This document shows, one piece after another, positions 38,924-53,001 of a DNA stretch of 64,000 nucleotides. Under the pieces are notes generated by a model. It saw only the letters and a list, made by a program, of their open reading frames with translations, was not told the origin of the DNA and made no database searches. The stretch lies in assembly GCA_051294375.1 (NCBI GenBank), contig CM119268.1, positions 6,519,232-6,583,231 on the forward strand, given 5' to 3'. Numbering within the stretch: the first letter of the stretch is position 1; every line of letters begins with the position of its first letter. Both the position numbers and the translations under genes were made by a program. This DNA comes from Paraspadella gotoi (Eukaryota > Animalia > Chaetognatha).

Positions 38924-41900
38924 AACTGACTCTGGGGACAGGTCTTCCGCGACCTGGTCACTATCTTGGCTCGACTAACCCATCAAGCACTAATGATTTA
39001 TTCATATTTCATCTATTCACTCGCATCGCTAATAAATAAAAAAATTGCCAGAAGTTTCGAGTTTTGTTTTTTTTCAAATTTGTATATTTCGAGGTGTGAT
39101 ATATATTTTCTTTACATCTACATTGAAAAAAAAATCGGTCGTTACATATTTACTACGAATAAAAATCCATTTATTACAAGTATACATTACATTTAAAGAG
39201 ACGATAGTTACATTCTGAAGTGGTAGGAGAGGAAAATGAACATGCTTTTTTTCTTATTTAGGGGGAAAAAAAAGAAGGGAGCGTCCAAAAAAAGAAACGC
39301 TTAAATAATCTGGTTCCTAATTACAAAAGTTTTCAAAAAGCGCCCGCCGCAGAGTCGACTTGAGAACAAAACCACGTTTGCTCGTTTCGTGTGAAAAAAA
39401 AAACCCGGGCAGATCGGTTGTTTAAAGTCTAATCGTAATTTGTAGTAACTCCTATTACAACGTATGTTGTATTAGCACTATCGGCGAAAGAGAAAAAAAT
39501 TGATTTGAAAAAAAATAAAATTGGTAATAAATAAGGCAATAATGAGCTATGTCAAAACAAAGTGTGTATTTTCGTTTCTAATAGAATGGTTTTTGATTGT
39601 TTTTCATGATCGAGTAACGACGTAAATTGTAAAATGATTAAATTAAAATTAATAAAAAAATTAAAACGAAAAGAAAAATAAGACTTATTTACAGCTCTTT
39701 ACATGAAATACTGTACAAAAACTATGATCGTAAAAATCACAAAGGGCTGTGTTCTAACTTTTTTTTAAATCTGAGCTGAGCTTTATACATATTTATTTGA
39801 GGATTAAAACCGAAAGGTTTCCTGCGGCGGGTCGCTAAAATCCCTTCAACGATTTTCAATTTCTTCGTCCCCGGTAGGGGATAAAACCAAAAAAAAACAA
39901 AAAAAAACGAAGTGTCTCACAGAATGGAATTAAAGGAAAACGAAAAGATACAAGGTTTTCCCTCAAAAATGATATTTAACATTTTCTTAGCAACGAACGA
40001 AGGTGAATGAGTCCGGGAGTCCCTCCTTACTTTTGAATAGACATAATTACATTTTTTATTTATTTATTTGTACAGATCTAATAATTAAAAACTAAAGCTG
40101 TAAAAAGCATTTGATTTCAGGTGAAAAATAAAGCCGAGTGTATTTTACACAGATTTCACAACATTTGACTAAAGATGGGTAAAAACAAAAACGTATAGGT
40201 ACTCTGACTGTAAAAAATAACTGGAAAAAAAATATTTAGAACAAGGACAGTTATTGTAGATATTCTGGTGAAAGCAAACTTAACAAGGGCACACGGATGC
40301 GGGGTGTATTGTTCTAGTTTCGGCCCTAAATTTATTAACGGTGGGTAAATAAATCTGGCGAAACGAAGCCCATACTTTTTTTCTTTTAGAATGACGATAA
40401 TCATTTCGATGCGTGACGAGATGGAAAGTCAAAAAGAAAACGGTAACAATTTTCTTTCCGTTTTTTTTCACGGAAGTTCATATGAAAGCAAACTTTTGTT
40501 AGTTTTTTAATATAAACTTCGCACTACTGAACATTGTTGCGGAAGTTGCCAGAGAACAACAACAGAAGAGCGCTTAGCGCGCTTTTCTTATTTTCAAAGT
40601 GACGTAGCAATAAATATTCTTTAAGTAGTAAATGTTAGAGATCCCAAATCTACTACGAAATTCGAGAAGAAAAAAGGTAAAAAAGCGAAAAATCTACAAC
40701 AGTTTCTCGACACTTATTTATAATACTAAATTTACAATTTACACAGTTTTAGCTTGTACTTTGTATGTACAAATTAACTGTACTATACTATAAACATATT
40801 TACGAATTTTTCTGGTTTTTTTTTCAAGGTTTTTCTTGGAATGAATGAAGTTTGCTTTTCATCGTTATAAGAGTGAGATCGCAGTATAAGTTTTTTGTTT
40901 TTGTTTTTTTTGTTGTAATAGCAGAAAATGAGAGAATCCGTTTCTTTTTATAACATACACACAAGACACGTTAATGGTATACTAGACAAGTTGTACACCG
41001 ATACTTACAGATTATATATATGTATATTATTATATAGGGACGAGGACAGGACCCAGACTCATGTAAAATTTTACACACAAGTGAGAGACATGAAAACTTA
41101 CAAGCACAAAGTACATATGCTTATGTTATAAGCATACGCAAGGAAAATGCGCAAGAATCGCTCATTGGTGCGTGCGCAGTGGGGCTACGTGCAAAGGATT
41201 ACGATGCGTGAAGGATAGAAAAATTGGACAGCGCGAAAAAGAGAATGATAAGAATATATCGTGAAGAGAAATCTACAAAACGAACCACGATGAAATATAC
41301 ATATATACGTACGTCTGATTATATTTAGATAAAACTAAACAATTTTAGCCGTTGGTTAGAAAGGAAAGAAAAAACACCATGTTATATAAACTAACAATCG
41401 TCCTCAGATATCCGCTTCGAAGGATTTAAGGCGCAAACGGACAAAAGAAACAAAACAACAATTACAAGACAAAAACCCAGAAAAAAAAACAAAAAACAAA
41501 ATAACTGCAAAATAACTTCAAACTAAACTCAAAATGGTGAGGAATTACTTTTTAATGGTTGTTCGACATTTACACACTAACAAAACAAATACAAAAACAA
41601 GAAAAGTCTTCCTAATTCAATGATAACAAGATAAATATTTGATTTAGTTGTTTTCTGCCAAATCATTTTTTTTTAATAAGGACAAATGGTAATAAGAACT
41701 TCTCTCCCTTATCTTAAACAAATTCGTAAAACTGGAAAAAGTCAACAAAAACCTTCAAACTCTTCTGGATGATATGTAGGAACGCTTATAATAATTTTTT
41801 TTCGCGTTAAATAGGTAAATCGAGCTCGCACAAATGCGCGTCTTATTAAAGTGAACATACGTAAATTCTTACGGAGTAACGGGTATAAAGAAAAACTAAA

Positions 41901-42377
41901 AAAAAAAAAAAAATTCCCCCGGACTGATGGAATTTCCGGCACACTGGGGCAATATATCGTTGTGCCTCTTCATTTAAAAAAAAGGTGAGGAAGTATGTGT
42001 CAGTCCGAAAGCAAACTTTGACGATAACACTGTAAAATCTGGTGAACTTGCCCCTTCCCCAAGGAAACTACGTTTTGAGTGCGAAAAAATGGGGAAAAAA
42101 AGGTAAATTATTATCCCGTATAACAAGGCTCTCACCAGGCGCGAAAAAAACAACCAAGACTTCTAGAGAAGTCCTCGCGCAGAATAAGAAAAAAAGAGAC
42201 GATCATAAGTAAAAACAAAGCCGTCTCTCTCTAGATTCTAGATCATCTGAAGCAAGAACCACTCGGTTGAATGGCTGACGATATCGGCGCGTCGCGATTT
42301 ATTTTCCCAGAAGATATTCATACTTGAAACCCGACCCACCTTTCGACAAATCAACCACTCCCGATCATCGCTGCCCT

Positions 42378-45300
42378 TCAGATGCCCCCGTTGGGCGGGC
42401 CTATTGGCCCCGGATGCTGTTCTCCCGAGGGAGAGGATCGGACGAGGTGACGCTCCAGTTTGGCCAGGATGTGTTTCCCGTACGTGAATTTGCGCAGCGT
42501 CGGGATGTGAGGCCGAATCTTATGAACCAGGGTGCGTTTCTGGAGATATCGGGAACGAAGAGATAAAAAATGAAGTAAAACCGAGTGGAAACAAAAGACG
42601 GCAATTTCAATTTTGCGCCACGAATTTTAAAATTTAACTTTTTCGACCTGAGCGGGCTCGGCGACGTCGATCATCTTCTGCACGACGTAGTTCGCGAACT
42701 GATCCTTCATCATGACATAGAGGGCGCTGGTGGTGATGCTCTGCCCAGCCCCTGGTCCCGTCTCCCCGGGAATGCCGGCGGTCGTTGTCGTTTGTTGCGA
42801 ACAAACCTAAGTTATTGCGAGGTCATAGTGTGATTTAATGTGATTTAATGTAATAAAACAAACAAAAACGAACCTCCTCGATGAGGCAGGCTTTGTCCAT
42901 CCTAGACGCGTTGGCGACGCATTTTTCGACCACGTTTGAGGCGAATTTGTGCTGCGCCAGGGGCAACACTTTTCCGCGGATTTCGCCGACAATCTTCGCC
43001 TTGTCCTCGTCAGATCCGTGCTCCAGCACGTGCTGAGAAAAAAGGATTTCGATGAGTGGAAAATGAGAACCACCGGCAAAGTCTTTTGCGTTTCATCCAT
43101 ATCGCCGATCCCACCTTGGACCCTCTTAAATCCCACCAACCTGAATGACGTAGTTTCCGTATTGATCCTGCACGAGGCGCTCGGTGTTGGCGTGGAGTTC
43201 GTCGAGGATAGGCGCCGTCTGCTCCTTGGTACAGTGTTCGAGGATCCGCTGGATGACGCGGCATCCATAGGGGTGAGTCGACAGCGTCAGTACCTGCGAG
43301 AGAGATATGAGTTTTAAGGTGGGCGTTGCCATCGCTTACAACGTTCTTCCTCCTCCCGTCTTTGACGTCTCACCTGGCCTTGGAAAGAGTCTATGATAAA
43401 CTGCAGGTTAGTCGGTTCCACGCATTCGATGCATTTTTGTACCACGTGATTTCCGTTCTAGAAAAATCAAAACCGATGAGTCGGATGGTGAAGGATGGAA
43501 TTTGATTGGATTAAACCGACGGGGTCACAGGATTCCCAAACAAATTCGTTGAACCAGCAATAAAGGCAAGAATCACCCTCCCCAAAATACCTGGTCCTTG
43601 ACGCATTTGAGGACGTGTCCATCGAGCTCCTTGACGACCTCCGCCTGCTGCTCCTGCGGGATCGACTCCAGCGCCTTCTGGATGACGCGGCAGCCGTACA
43701 TGTGCAGCGCCAGCGGGAGAACGTGGCCTCGCACTCGCTGCGCCAGCGTCTGCTTCTGCTCCGAGGATCCAAACTCGAAGAATTTTTGGATGACGTAATT
43801 GCCGAAGACGTCGGTCATCAGGGAATAGGCGGAGGCGAGGATCTCATTGAAGACCTGACCGAAGTTAAAAGGGAAAGTTTAGAAAAGTCATTAAAAATGT
43901 TGAATAATGTACAGTTCTCTCTCTCTCTTTCTTTCTAGTTCCTCTCTGTCTCACTCTTTCGTCAAATAGAAATGGTGAAAAAAAAAATATTCCCCGATAA
44001 ATATTAGGGAACGTACCATTGTCTTTTCGGTGGCGGTCGCTCTCTCTAACTTCTGTTGAATGAAACGTGAACCGTGTTGATCCTATAATTAAAACCAATA
44101 AATCCATTACTTAATTTAAAGAAGCCAAGGAGTTCATTAATGGGATATTGTCGCCCTAAATGCTCAACGAACCTGCGAGAACTCAACGATGTGCGTATTG
44201 AGATCTCTCAGCTGTAGATTAGGCAGTCGATTGTTGCGGAAGTCCTCCAGCTGTCTCGACCTTCCTGCGGCGCTGTCCTTGCTCAGCGAGGAGCCACGAC
44301 CGCCGCCGATGCTGCCGCCGCGGCCGCTCGTCGGTGGACCGAACAAGGCGGCTCCGGCGGCGGAATTCGGTCCGAACAAGTTGTGGTGAGAGTTGGCGGC
44401 GGCCCAGTTGGGAGCGCGACCACGCATCTCGGCTCCGGGAGCCAGACCGGTCATAGACGGCGGAGGCGTGATGGTCTGAGAGCCGGGCATCATACCAAGG
44501 CCCGATGAACCAGTCACTGCACCGAGCGGGCCGTAAAAAGGATGGTGGTGGGCGCTTGGGTGATGAGGATGATGGCCACCGGGCGGTGGGCGTCCGCCTT
44601 TCATGACTCCCGCCATGTCGAACGAGTCACGGCGATGTCCGGAAGAGGCGGGCGACGGGGCGCCGCCGTAGGCTGTGGCGCCTGGAGGCGCCATTGACAA
44701 AGACTGGGGAGGGCCTTGGGGGCCTCCGGGTGGGCCGTTGAAACCGAAGATAGAGGCAGAGTTGGCGGCGGGGTTATAGGCGTTGTAGGCCGCTGCGTGC
44801 TGCTGCTGAGAAGTTGGAGTTGCGGAAAGGGGCGGCGGAGGTAACGGGGGAAAACCTGCTGCCGCTGCCGCCACGGCCGCCGCTTGATGCTGGGCGGCCG
44901 CTGCTGCATATAAAGAGGGAATAAAAAAGTAAATAGGAGAGAATGCAACCCTTGACTTTCCAAAAAACTCACCCGCCGCCGGATTCATCAGCACCGCTGG
45001 GGGCAGCCGAAGCATCGCCGCACTGGGGTTCCCCATTTGGCCCGCGGCGGCTGCGGCCCGTTGTTGAGCAGCCATGAAGCTCGACTGATCGTAGTAGGGG
45101 AGAAAAGGATAGCCCGGTTGGAAGGTCTGCGCCATTGAATTAAGCCCCGGCGCCGCGGTCGCAGCGCCCATCGTTGGGTCCGTGCCAATCTGGGCAGCGG
45201 CAGCGGCTGCCGCAGCGGCCGCCGCCCCGTTGGAAGGGGACATACGGCCTCCGCTACCAGCGGCGCCGGCCCCACTGCCGCTCCCCTGCTGCCCCTTCAA

Positions 45301-48300
45301 CGACAGTTGCTGCTGAAGCGCGACGGCGAGTTGCTGCGGACCAGCGGCGCCCGCCGAGGGGCCACCGCCCTGAGAGCTGGGCGTGCCTGGCTGCTGCTGC
45401 GAGGCGACGTCTCCCGGTTGCTGCTGCTGGCTCTGCTGTTGCTGTTGCTGGGCTTGCTGCTGCTGCATGGCAGCGACTGCGGCCGCGCCGCCGGCGGCAG
45501 CCGCCATCATGTGTTGTTGCAGCATGGTCGGGTAAATGGACCACGGCATGCCGTAGTATTGGGGATGCAAGAAGCCCGGCCCGGCCATGCCCATGGCATA
45601 GGGATCTTGCGCGCCGAAATAGGGGTTGGCGGGGAAGCCGCCTTGGCCCTGGCCGGAGGGCATCCCGGTCATCGCGGGCCCCATTGCGTAGGGGTTTCCG
45701 CCTGATTGGCCCGCCGCCGCCATCATCGCCTGCATCTGCTGTTGATAGGCGTTGTTCGGGAAGCCGACGCCCTGTTGAGGCCCGAGGGGCTGGCCCTGGG
45801 GGCCCCCGCCCGGTCCACCGCCGACGCCTGGAGTACCACCGCCGGAAGTGGAGGACGGGGGACCGCCGCCGTTTCCACTCCCCTGTTGCTGACCGTTGGG
45901 AGGCTGCTGCTGCTGCTGTTGCATCTGAGCTTGCATCGCCGCCATCGCTTGTGACATCTTTTAAAAACAAAATTAACGATCAAATATAATAATAAAAATA
46001 ATTATTTTGTGATTAACCAACCTGCGCCGCCTGGTGCTGCTGCGCCGCGTGTCCCTGCATCTGTTGCTGCCTTTGCAGCAACTGTTGATAATCCATTGCC
46101 GGCCCCTGACCGCCGTCGGCCATGGGGTGCCCCTGCTGCTGTGCCGCCGCCATGTTGTACGCAACAGCGGCGGCAGCGGCGTTGTGGTCGAATCCCGCAT
46201 GGTGCTGCCCCGCCGCCGTCCCCTGCCCTCCCTGACCCTGATGGTGGTGACCGCCCTGATGACCCTCGGCGGCAGCAGCGGCGGCGGCCATCATGGACTC
46301 GAAACTTCCGTGGGCGCCGTGATGGCCGCTGCCCATGGCATTCTGTGTTTAATGGGGTTGGAGGAAGAGAAAAGTTTGCATCAAAAAGATCGTAGCTGAA
46401 AACGAGAGAGCAAAATAAACCAACAACAACATCTCGATCTCCATCCTTGCCTGATAAGGATTGTGCTGAACGGCAGTGGGATCGACTTGCAATAGATCGC
46501 CCCCGGCGCCGTACTGATGGAGATAGGGGATTTGGGAGGCGTCGCCCAGCTGCGCCGCCGCCACCCCCATGTCCGTCATGTTGGGCGGCGTGGAGCCGTG
46601 GCCAACGAGAGAGGCGCCAGGACCAGAGGGGAGGCTGTTCTGCGCCACGATGTGGCGTCCGGGGAAGGATCCCGTCGATCCTGGTCCCGGCGTCTTCTCC
46701 TTCTCATCCTCGATCCCACCGTTGGTGAGGCCCGGCGTGTCTCCGCCCCCGAGACCCGGCGTTCCGCTCCCGCCGCTTTTTCCGCCGCTCCCGGCACTGC
46801 CCACTATCATCTGCACAAAAGATTTTTAAAAGCGATATTTAGTTTGTCACCGACTTTTTATAATTTAAAAAAATACATTTTTAAACTTTAATAGAGTCTC
46901 CCATTTAATGATTGGACTTACCCCCCCATTCTCCATCTTGTCGCCCTGTTGTCCGGCGGCGGCGCCCACGTTGTCTTTCATGATTTGTTCCCCGACGATG
47001 GAGTCGAAGGGTTTGCCCGTCGGAGATCCCTGGAGGACGCTCTCCACCATCGAGACGCCGAGACCCCCGATCTCTGAACGGGGCGACAGGACGGAGCCGG
47101 GGCCCACCAGCGAGGCGGGCGCCACTCCGGGGACCACCACGGACGTAACGGCGCCTGGAAGGTTGAGGATTTTCGATTAAGAGAATAAGTTTTTTCACCA
47201 ATAATTGGTGAAATAAGAGAATGAAAAAATATGTACAAAAAACACTTACGTATACGTTAAAGTTGAAGGAAAAACAAAGTTGAATGTAAAACTAATATTC
47301 ACCTGTATTGGGATCAATATTGACGCCGGATTGAGTTCCGGAACCGGGGCCCGTAGCCGTCACGCCCCCGGAACCGGGTGTCATCCCCGAGGAGGAGAAG
47401 CTCCCGGGACGCATCGCTGTTTCGAGAGAATTAATGGGAAATAGTGAAACCATTTCCACTCGGAAAAATACTTTTTTACAAGAACAAGGATTATCCGCAA
47501 CTCACCGCCATGATGCGCGCTTCTGTTTCCCATCAGTGGAATCGGTTGCGAGACCGAGTGGTCTGTTCTCTGCCCCTGCGACGCCGCCGTCGCGTTGGGC
47601 GCCGCTTGTCCCCAGGCGGCGTCCTCGTTGCCGCGCGAAGCCGGCGCCCACTGGTTGGGCGTTCCTAAAAAGAGGGGCGCCGCGGTGGCCGAGGCCCCCG
47701 CCGCCGGAGACTTTCCGTCGCCGCCTCCGGCCCCGCCACCGCCGCTACCGCCGCCACCGGGGTTGTCGCCGGTCACGCCGGTAGAGGGGGAGTCCCAGAG
47801 CTTTTGTGTCGCGGGAGAGACGCCGAGGACGCCGGAACCGGCGGCCGAGTCGCCGGAAACAGTTCCGCCTGAATTAAGAAAAAATATTAGGCTTCACTCT
47901 CGGCGAATATAATTTGCGCTTCCTACTAAAAAAAATTTCAAAAATACATACAGTAAATAAATAAATAAATATTAATTGAATAAATAAAAACTAATAACTA
48001 CCTGGATTAGGGTCACCCATGGCCAAGTTATGAAATTTCTTCTCCAAGTCCGAAACGTGAGTGATGACGCCGGAATCGCTCAGTCCCGACCAGCGCTTGT
48101 TTCCGCCACCGTAAATGTCCTCATGGGTCCGCTGTTGCGACGGTTGCGACTGTTGCTGCTGCTGCTGCTGCAAGAAGTATCCGACCATGGAGGATGTCCC
48201 TGTACAGAAAAAAATTCCATCTACAAAATGGCATTGATTGAGAGTTGGAATGAAAACAAACCTTACCCCATCCGCAACCTACCCGTGGATGGACCGCTGC

Positions 48301-48400
48301 TGCCGCCGATTCCAACTACGTGGTCGCCGCTCGACGACGCGAGAATCCCGCTGCTGCTACTGCCGCCACGTTGCTGACTTACCCCGGGCTGTTGCTGCAT
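42378..48400 (-). CDS. pum: Pumilio (PUF family RNA-binding translational repressor)
   Basis: About 16 exons. N-terminal conserved motifs MVGYFLQ...[12 protein letters not shown] and [25 protein letters not shown]; Q/G/A-rich region; HRRDS motif; [19 protein letters not shown]. All eight PUF repeats with the canonical recognition code (SRFIQ, NYVIQ, CRVIQ, NHVVQ, CRVIQ, NYVIQ, SNVVE, NYVVQ). C-terminus [10 protein letters not shown]...[10 protein letters not shown]. Start codon tentative. Confidence 0.97.
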
Positions 48401-51400
48401 CAGGCTTTCGCTGTTAAAATAAAAAATATTTCTTATAGAAGAATCATCTAAAATTAAAAATTACGACGCCAAAATCCAAGTGTCTGATACCAGTAGTGGA
48501 ATGAAAATTTTTCTTTGCCTCAGAGGTCAAATATTAAGACAATAACCCAAAAAAATTGTTAAAGACTTTCTCACAAAGCTATGCCAAAGCGTTTTTCAAA
48601 GTAATAACGTTACGTAAAGGAATTAATTTCAGAAAAGAGGTATAATTTGGATAACTATAAGGCATAACTGAAAAACAACGAGCATAAAACCTAAATTACT
48701 ATTCAATTTACGTCTATGATCAACGGCTATGACCCTAGGTTACCTGAATCCCTGAAAAGAAGTCATATTTCTCATAACAAAGCCCAAGTCAATTTCACAC
48801 CTATTCAATCCATTCTGAAAAAAGTATTCCCAAGATTAGTATAATGAAATGCTTACAATGAGGTTAACATTGGTATCAAAACTGAAACCAAACGTGCAAA
48901 TGAAATACTGCTAAATATACCTCGCGTGCTTTTTCGGTGGGAAAGGGGTGACTCAATCGCTGCCGTATTTATAAATAAAATTAATTTAAGGAACTCATGA
49001 GTAGGTAAATAAAGTTTTAAATAGTTTAATTAACCAGAGCTACCCTTGCACTATTGGGCAATTGATAATACCAATTTGAATGAACTCGTTTTTCACCTGT
49101 GATGAAACGCGGAAACGGAGCCAGGGTGGGTTGCAAACTCCGGTGGATCGGGTAACTGCAAACGACATCAACCAAACGAAATTCAAGGTTAAAGAACACT
49201 GCAAGATGGGTTCAAAGTCCTAGACGTTACGTAGGAAGTACGTAGGAAGTATAAATTCACATCAAAGCAAAACACAGCAAATGCGTAAAAAGAAAGTCAA
49301 AATTACCCCCTTTAAGATGAATTCACTGGCCGGTCATTCTTCATCGTGATTAAAATGGGACAAGAAATAGGGCAGGTAGAGGTGGGTAAACTGACCCGTA
49401 AGAAAGTACGATACGGAAATGAGGCACCCCAATCGACGGAGCTCGTATAATTTTCCCCCAAAACCGACCCATCATAAATTTAACTTCTGATAATAAATTA
49501 TTATCGATTACCTGGCTTAAATGGACGTTCAACTTTAAAGATTTGTTCGAGGATAAACTGGCAGGGGCAACAACTGAGTTCATTATATTTTTGTTTCCGA
49601 TTCGGTCGAGTTTTCAATTCGTCTTCCGAGGCTCCGACGTATTTATTCTCTTTCCTTCGATCCACGCCGTGTGATGCGAGGGACGCGGCACGTTAAGAGT
49701 ACGACTGTCAGAGTGAATGAAGCCAAATCAATTTGGGAAAACAAACTATGTCATTGTCTTTTTTTTTTTTAGTTTTTTAGGTTAACTTGCAGAAAACATT
49801 TTTGTACGCCCGAATTTGCGAGTAACTGACCCATTAGATTTACGATCTACTACTGAGTGCGAGCGAACCCGACACGTACCTACTTGACGACAAGCTTATT
49901 TTAACTGCGCGAAGAATTTTTAAACTGTTCTCCACGATAAATAATAATTGACTTTCAATTCTCCACAGTCGAAGACTTTAGAATTTTGATTAGTGTTTTT
50001 TTTTTTTTTGTAAAAAAATATAGTAGTATATATATAAATTTTTTGTAGCGTTCAAAGTTGAAGTCTATCAGTCGAATTTCCTTCGTTATCTGTCTTGCTT
50101 TCCCGATAAAGTTCGATTCTTTGATTTTTCTCCCGTTAATTTTTTTACGTTCGAATTTGGAGCGAAAAAAGGGAGAACTTTGTAATGGAAGTTTTTTTTT
50201 TTTGACCTTTGGATCTTTTGAGGATCAGCAAAATAACGTCGTTTCTACCGCGATATTCGTCTTAATTCTTCACCGCTGAAAAATTTAAAAAAAGAGGAAA
50301 TTCGAGTTAATTTCTTAGGATAGAATCTAATATCTAGATAGTTTCACTTTTTAAATTTGAACGTTGTAAGCATAAAATACATCCCGTTACTTACTATAAA
50401 AAGCTTGCGTGAATGTTGGTCGAGAATTTTGTATATACAGATGAATATAAGAGCAGGCAAAACGTTCATACATAAAGGGCTTGTTACAAAAGGACTTGGA
50501 CGTTGTTTGTTGCTGTTTCTTTGTATCTTTACAATTGTAAATTATTTTTACACGAGTGATGTTAAGTTATAGTTTTTGTAACTTTACATGGCAATCTGGA
50601 AGAAAAAGAAATTGATTAATGATTATGAATGATGTTACTAAGGGATATAATAATAAAGAAGCATTTATTTACCTTTACATGAGGGTTTTGTGTAAGGTTT
50701 TGTGGAACCTTATATCCTGAAACCCATTTTTTGCCAACAATAAAATCTCTTCACTTCTATACAACAACTGAAAAGAAAAATAAAAGAGTGAACAGAAAAA
50801 AATGTAGGAATGCAAATTGAGAAAATGATTTCAATTATGTTATTCGACTAGTTCTCAACCATCTTGGGAGTAAAACAGTAAGTTTTCAAATAACATTGGT
50901 GAGATCATACTTTCAGGAAAAATGAACGTTTTCAGTATTAAAAGCAAGGCGACAATTTCCAAAAACAGTCAACAGACCACTATACATAATTACATATTAC
51001 ATATACATGCTTGTCCGTTAAGATACGAAATTTCTCGGACGTGGGGGCCGGTTAACTGCAGATGAATAATCCCATGCTATTTCTTATCTGATGTGAGCTA
51101 GAAACATATGCTGATCGGTTTTCTGATATTTATTTCTATTATTCTGTCCCCTGAGAACCGCACGAAATCCTGGCGCAGACGGGACACTCGAGAACCGCAT
51201 CCTCCGGTGCGCCTTGCAGCTTCTATCCTTGCATAGTGAAAAAATCGTTGATCGCCGTTTGACCGCGTTTACTGGAGGGACGAACGGCGGGTTCAAACAG
51301 TTGTTTAGCCTTAAAGCGTGAATTTTACTTCACCGCACTGTGAGACCGTGGCACACGGACTGTAAGTCGGTTCCACCATGAAGATAAGTAAAGAATCTGA

Positions 51401-52562
51401 AAATCAGCGAGATTAACTTTGCAGCGGAGATTCAGTTCAGATTGATGCCGGGACTACATGTGATTTAGCGCTTTCACCGATTTATTGTCAGCCCATGTGA
51501 GAAACAAACAAATATACGCCGATTGTCGGTATCAAGAAAGAAACAAAGCGGGAATTACAATGAATATAAAAGTTAATATGAGACAAAGCAAAACAAGGCA
51601 AAACTACGAAGAATAAAAACGTCTTTTAGAAAAACGAAAACAGAATGAAAGGCGATAAATCTCCAGGCGACCTAAAGTACACAAAACACAATAACAAACG
51701 CTACAAACAGGAAACATAAATTTAAAAAAAAATTATAAAAGAGATAAAAAGAGAGATAAAAAGCGAAGAATTTGGGGAAAATGTCGGACGGTTGAGCTTC
51801 TTGGTCGCTGGAGTCGCGGGCGGCGCTCGAGGCAGATTCAACGTTGACAAAAGAGCAACGCTCAAAAGTTTTTGGACTGTTTGTCTGGACCATTGTCTGG
51901 CTGTCTGTCGAACAAGTTCCTATTTTGTATTAATCCTTCGGTGTCATAACGTCCTGGGTAATATTATAATTACATAGGTATAATAAAGATAAGTTACAGT
52001 CCAGTTTTTGTACTTTAGAAGTTCGGATAAGAGCGGAAATTGGACAATAAAATAAAGTTTTACAAAGGCAAACCCGCTCGTCGCTCGCCGTGTCGAAGCA
52101 AATTCTATTTCCTTATTTTCACTGGAGTCGGGACTCAAATTCTGAGCCTCTGAAATTCTCAACTCTCACTCACTGACTCGCTCTTTTTTTATATTCAGTT
52201 TCTGGACAAATTCTTCTCTAAGAGTTTCTTTGAATTTTTTTTTCTTTAATAAATCTTCGCATACACGAACTGATGTAATCACTAATCAGAGTCCTCTGCA
52301 TTTCGGTTATGAAAATTGTGAAATGTACTTGTTTTACTATTTTAGATTAAATCTTTGTGTATAGACTTTCGATTTCGTTGTTTATGGGCATTAGGAGAAA
52401 AACAATTTTTATTTGTTTTGACAACGAATTTTGTTGTCAAAACAAATAAAAATTGTTTTTCTCCTAGATTAAATCTTAAAAACAATTCATTCTGAATTTT
52501 AAATAAGTAATCTTTGACATGCAAATATCGTATATAAGAAATAGCGGAATTGATTTTTTTCT

Positions 52563-52634
<72 letters not shown>

Positions 52635-53001
52635 CTTCCCGCTCTCTTACCTGCGAATTCATGCAAATCTGAAAAGACTTACGAAGGAACTAAAATTTTC
52701 TCCTTTTTTTATTGGATCAAAATGTGCAACCAAACTTTATCTTTATCGTGAGAATTTTCTGTTATGTTGGAAAAGAAAGTAAGAAATCGCTCTTCAAAAA
52801 AGGCAAATTCTGTCAAGATAACAATTATTTTTACGTTTTCTAACTGCTTCAAAAACTACTTTTCTTTCATTGCTAATATTTTTTTTTTAAAAATAAGCAA
52901 ATTTTTTGTAGTTTCCATTTTTATATATTTTTTTTTCTAATTAAAAATTATCTCGTTCTAAAAGCGGTACAAAAAAGTAAAATAAAATAAAAACTCTCAA
53001 T

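Noticed and set aside
45174-46891. Long antisense and alternate-frame ORFs over pumilio
   Set aside because: Shadows of GC-rich, low-complexity Gln/Gly/Ala codons.
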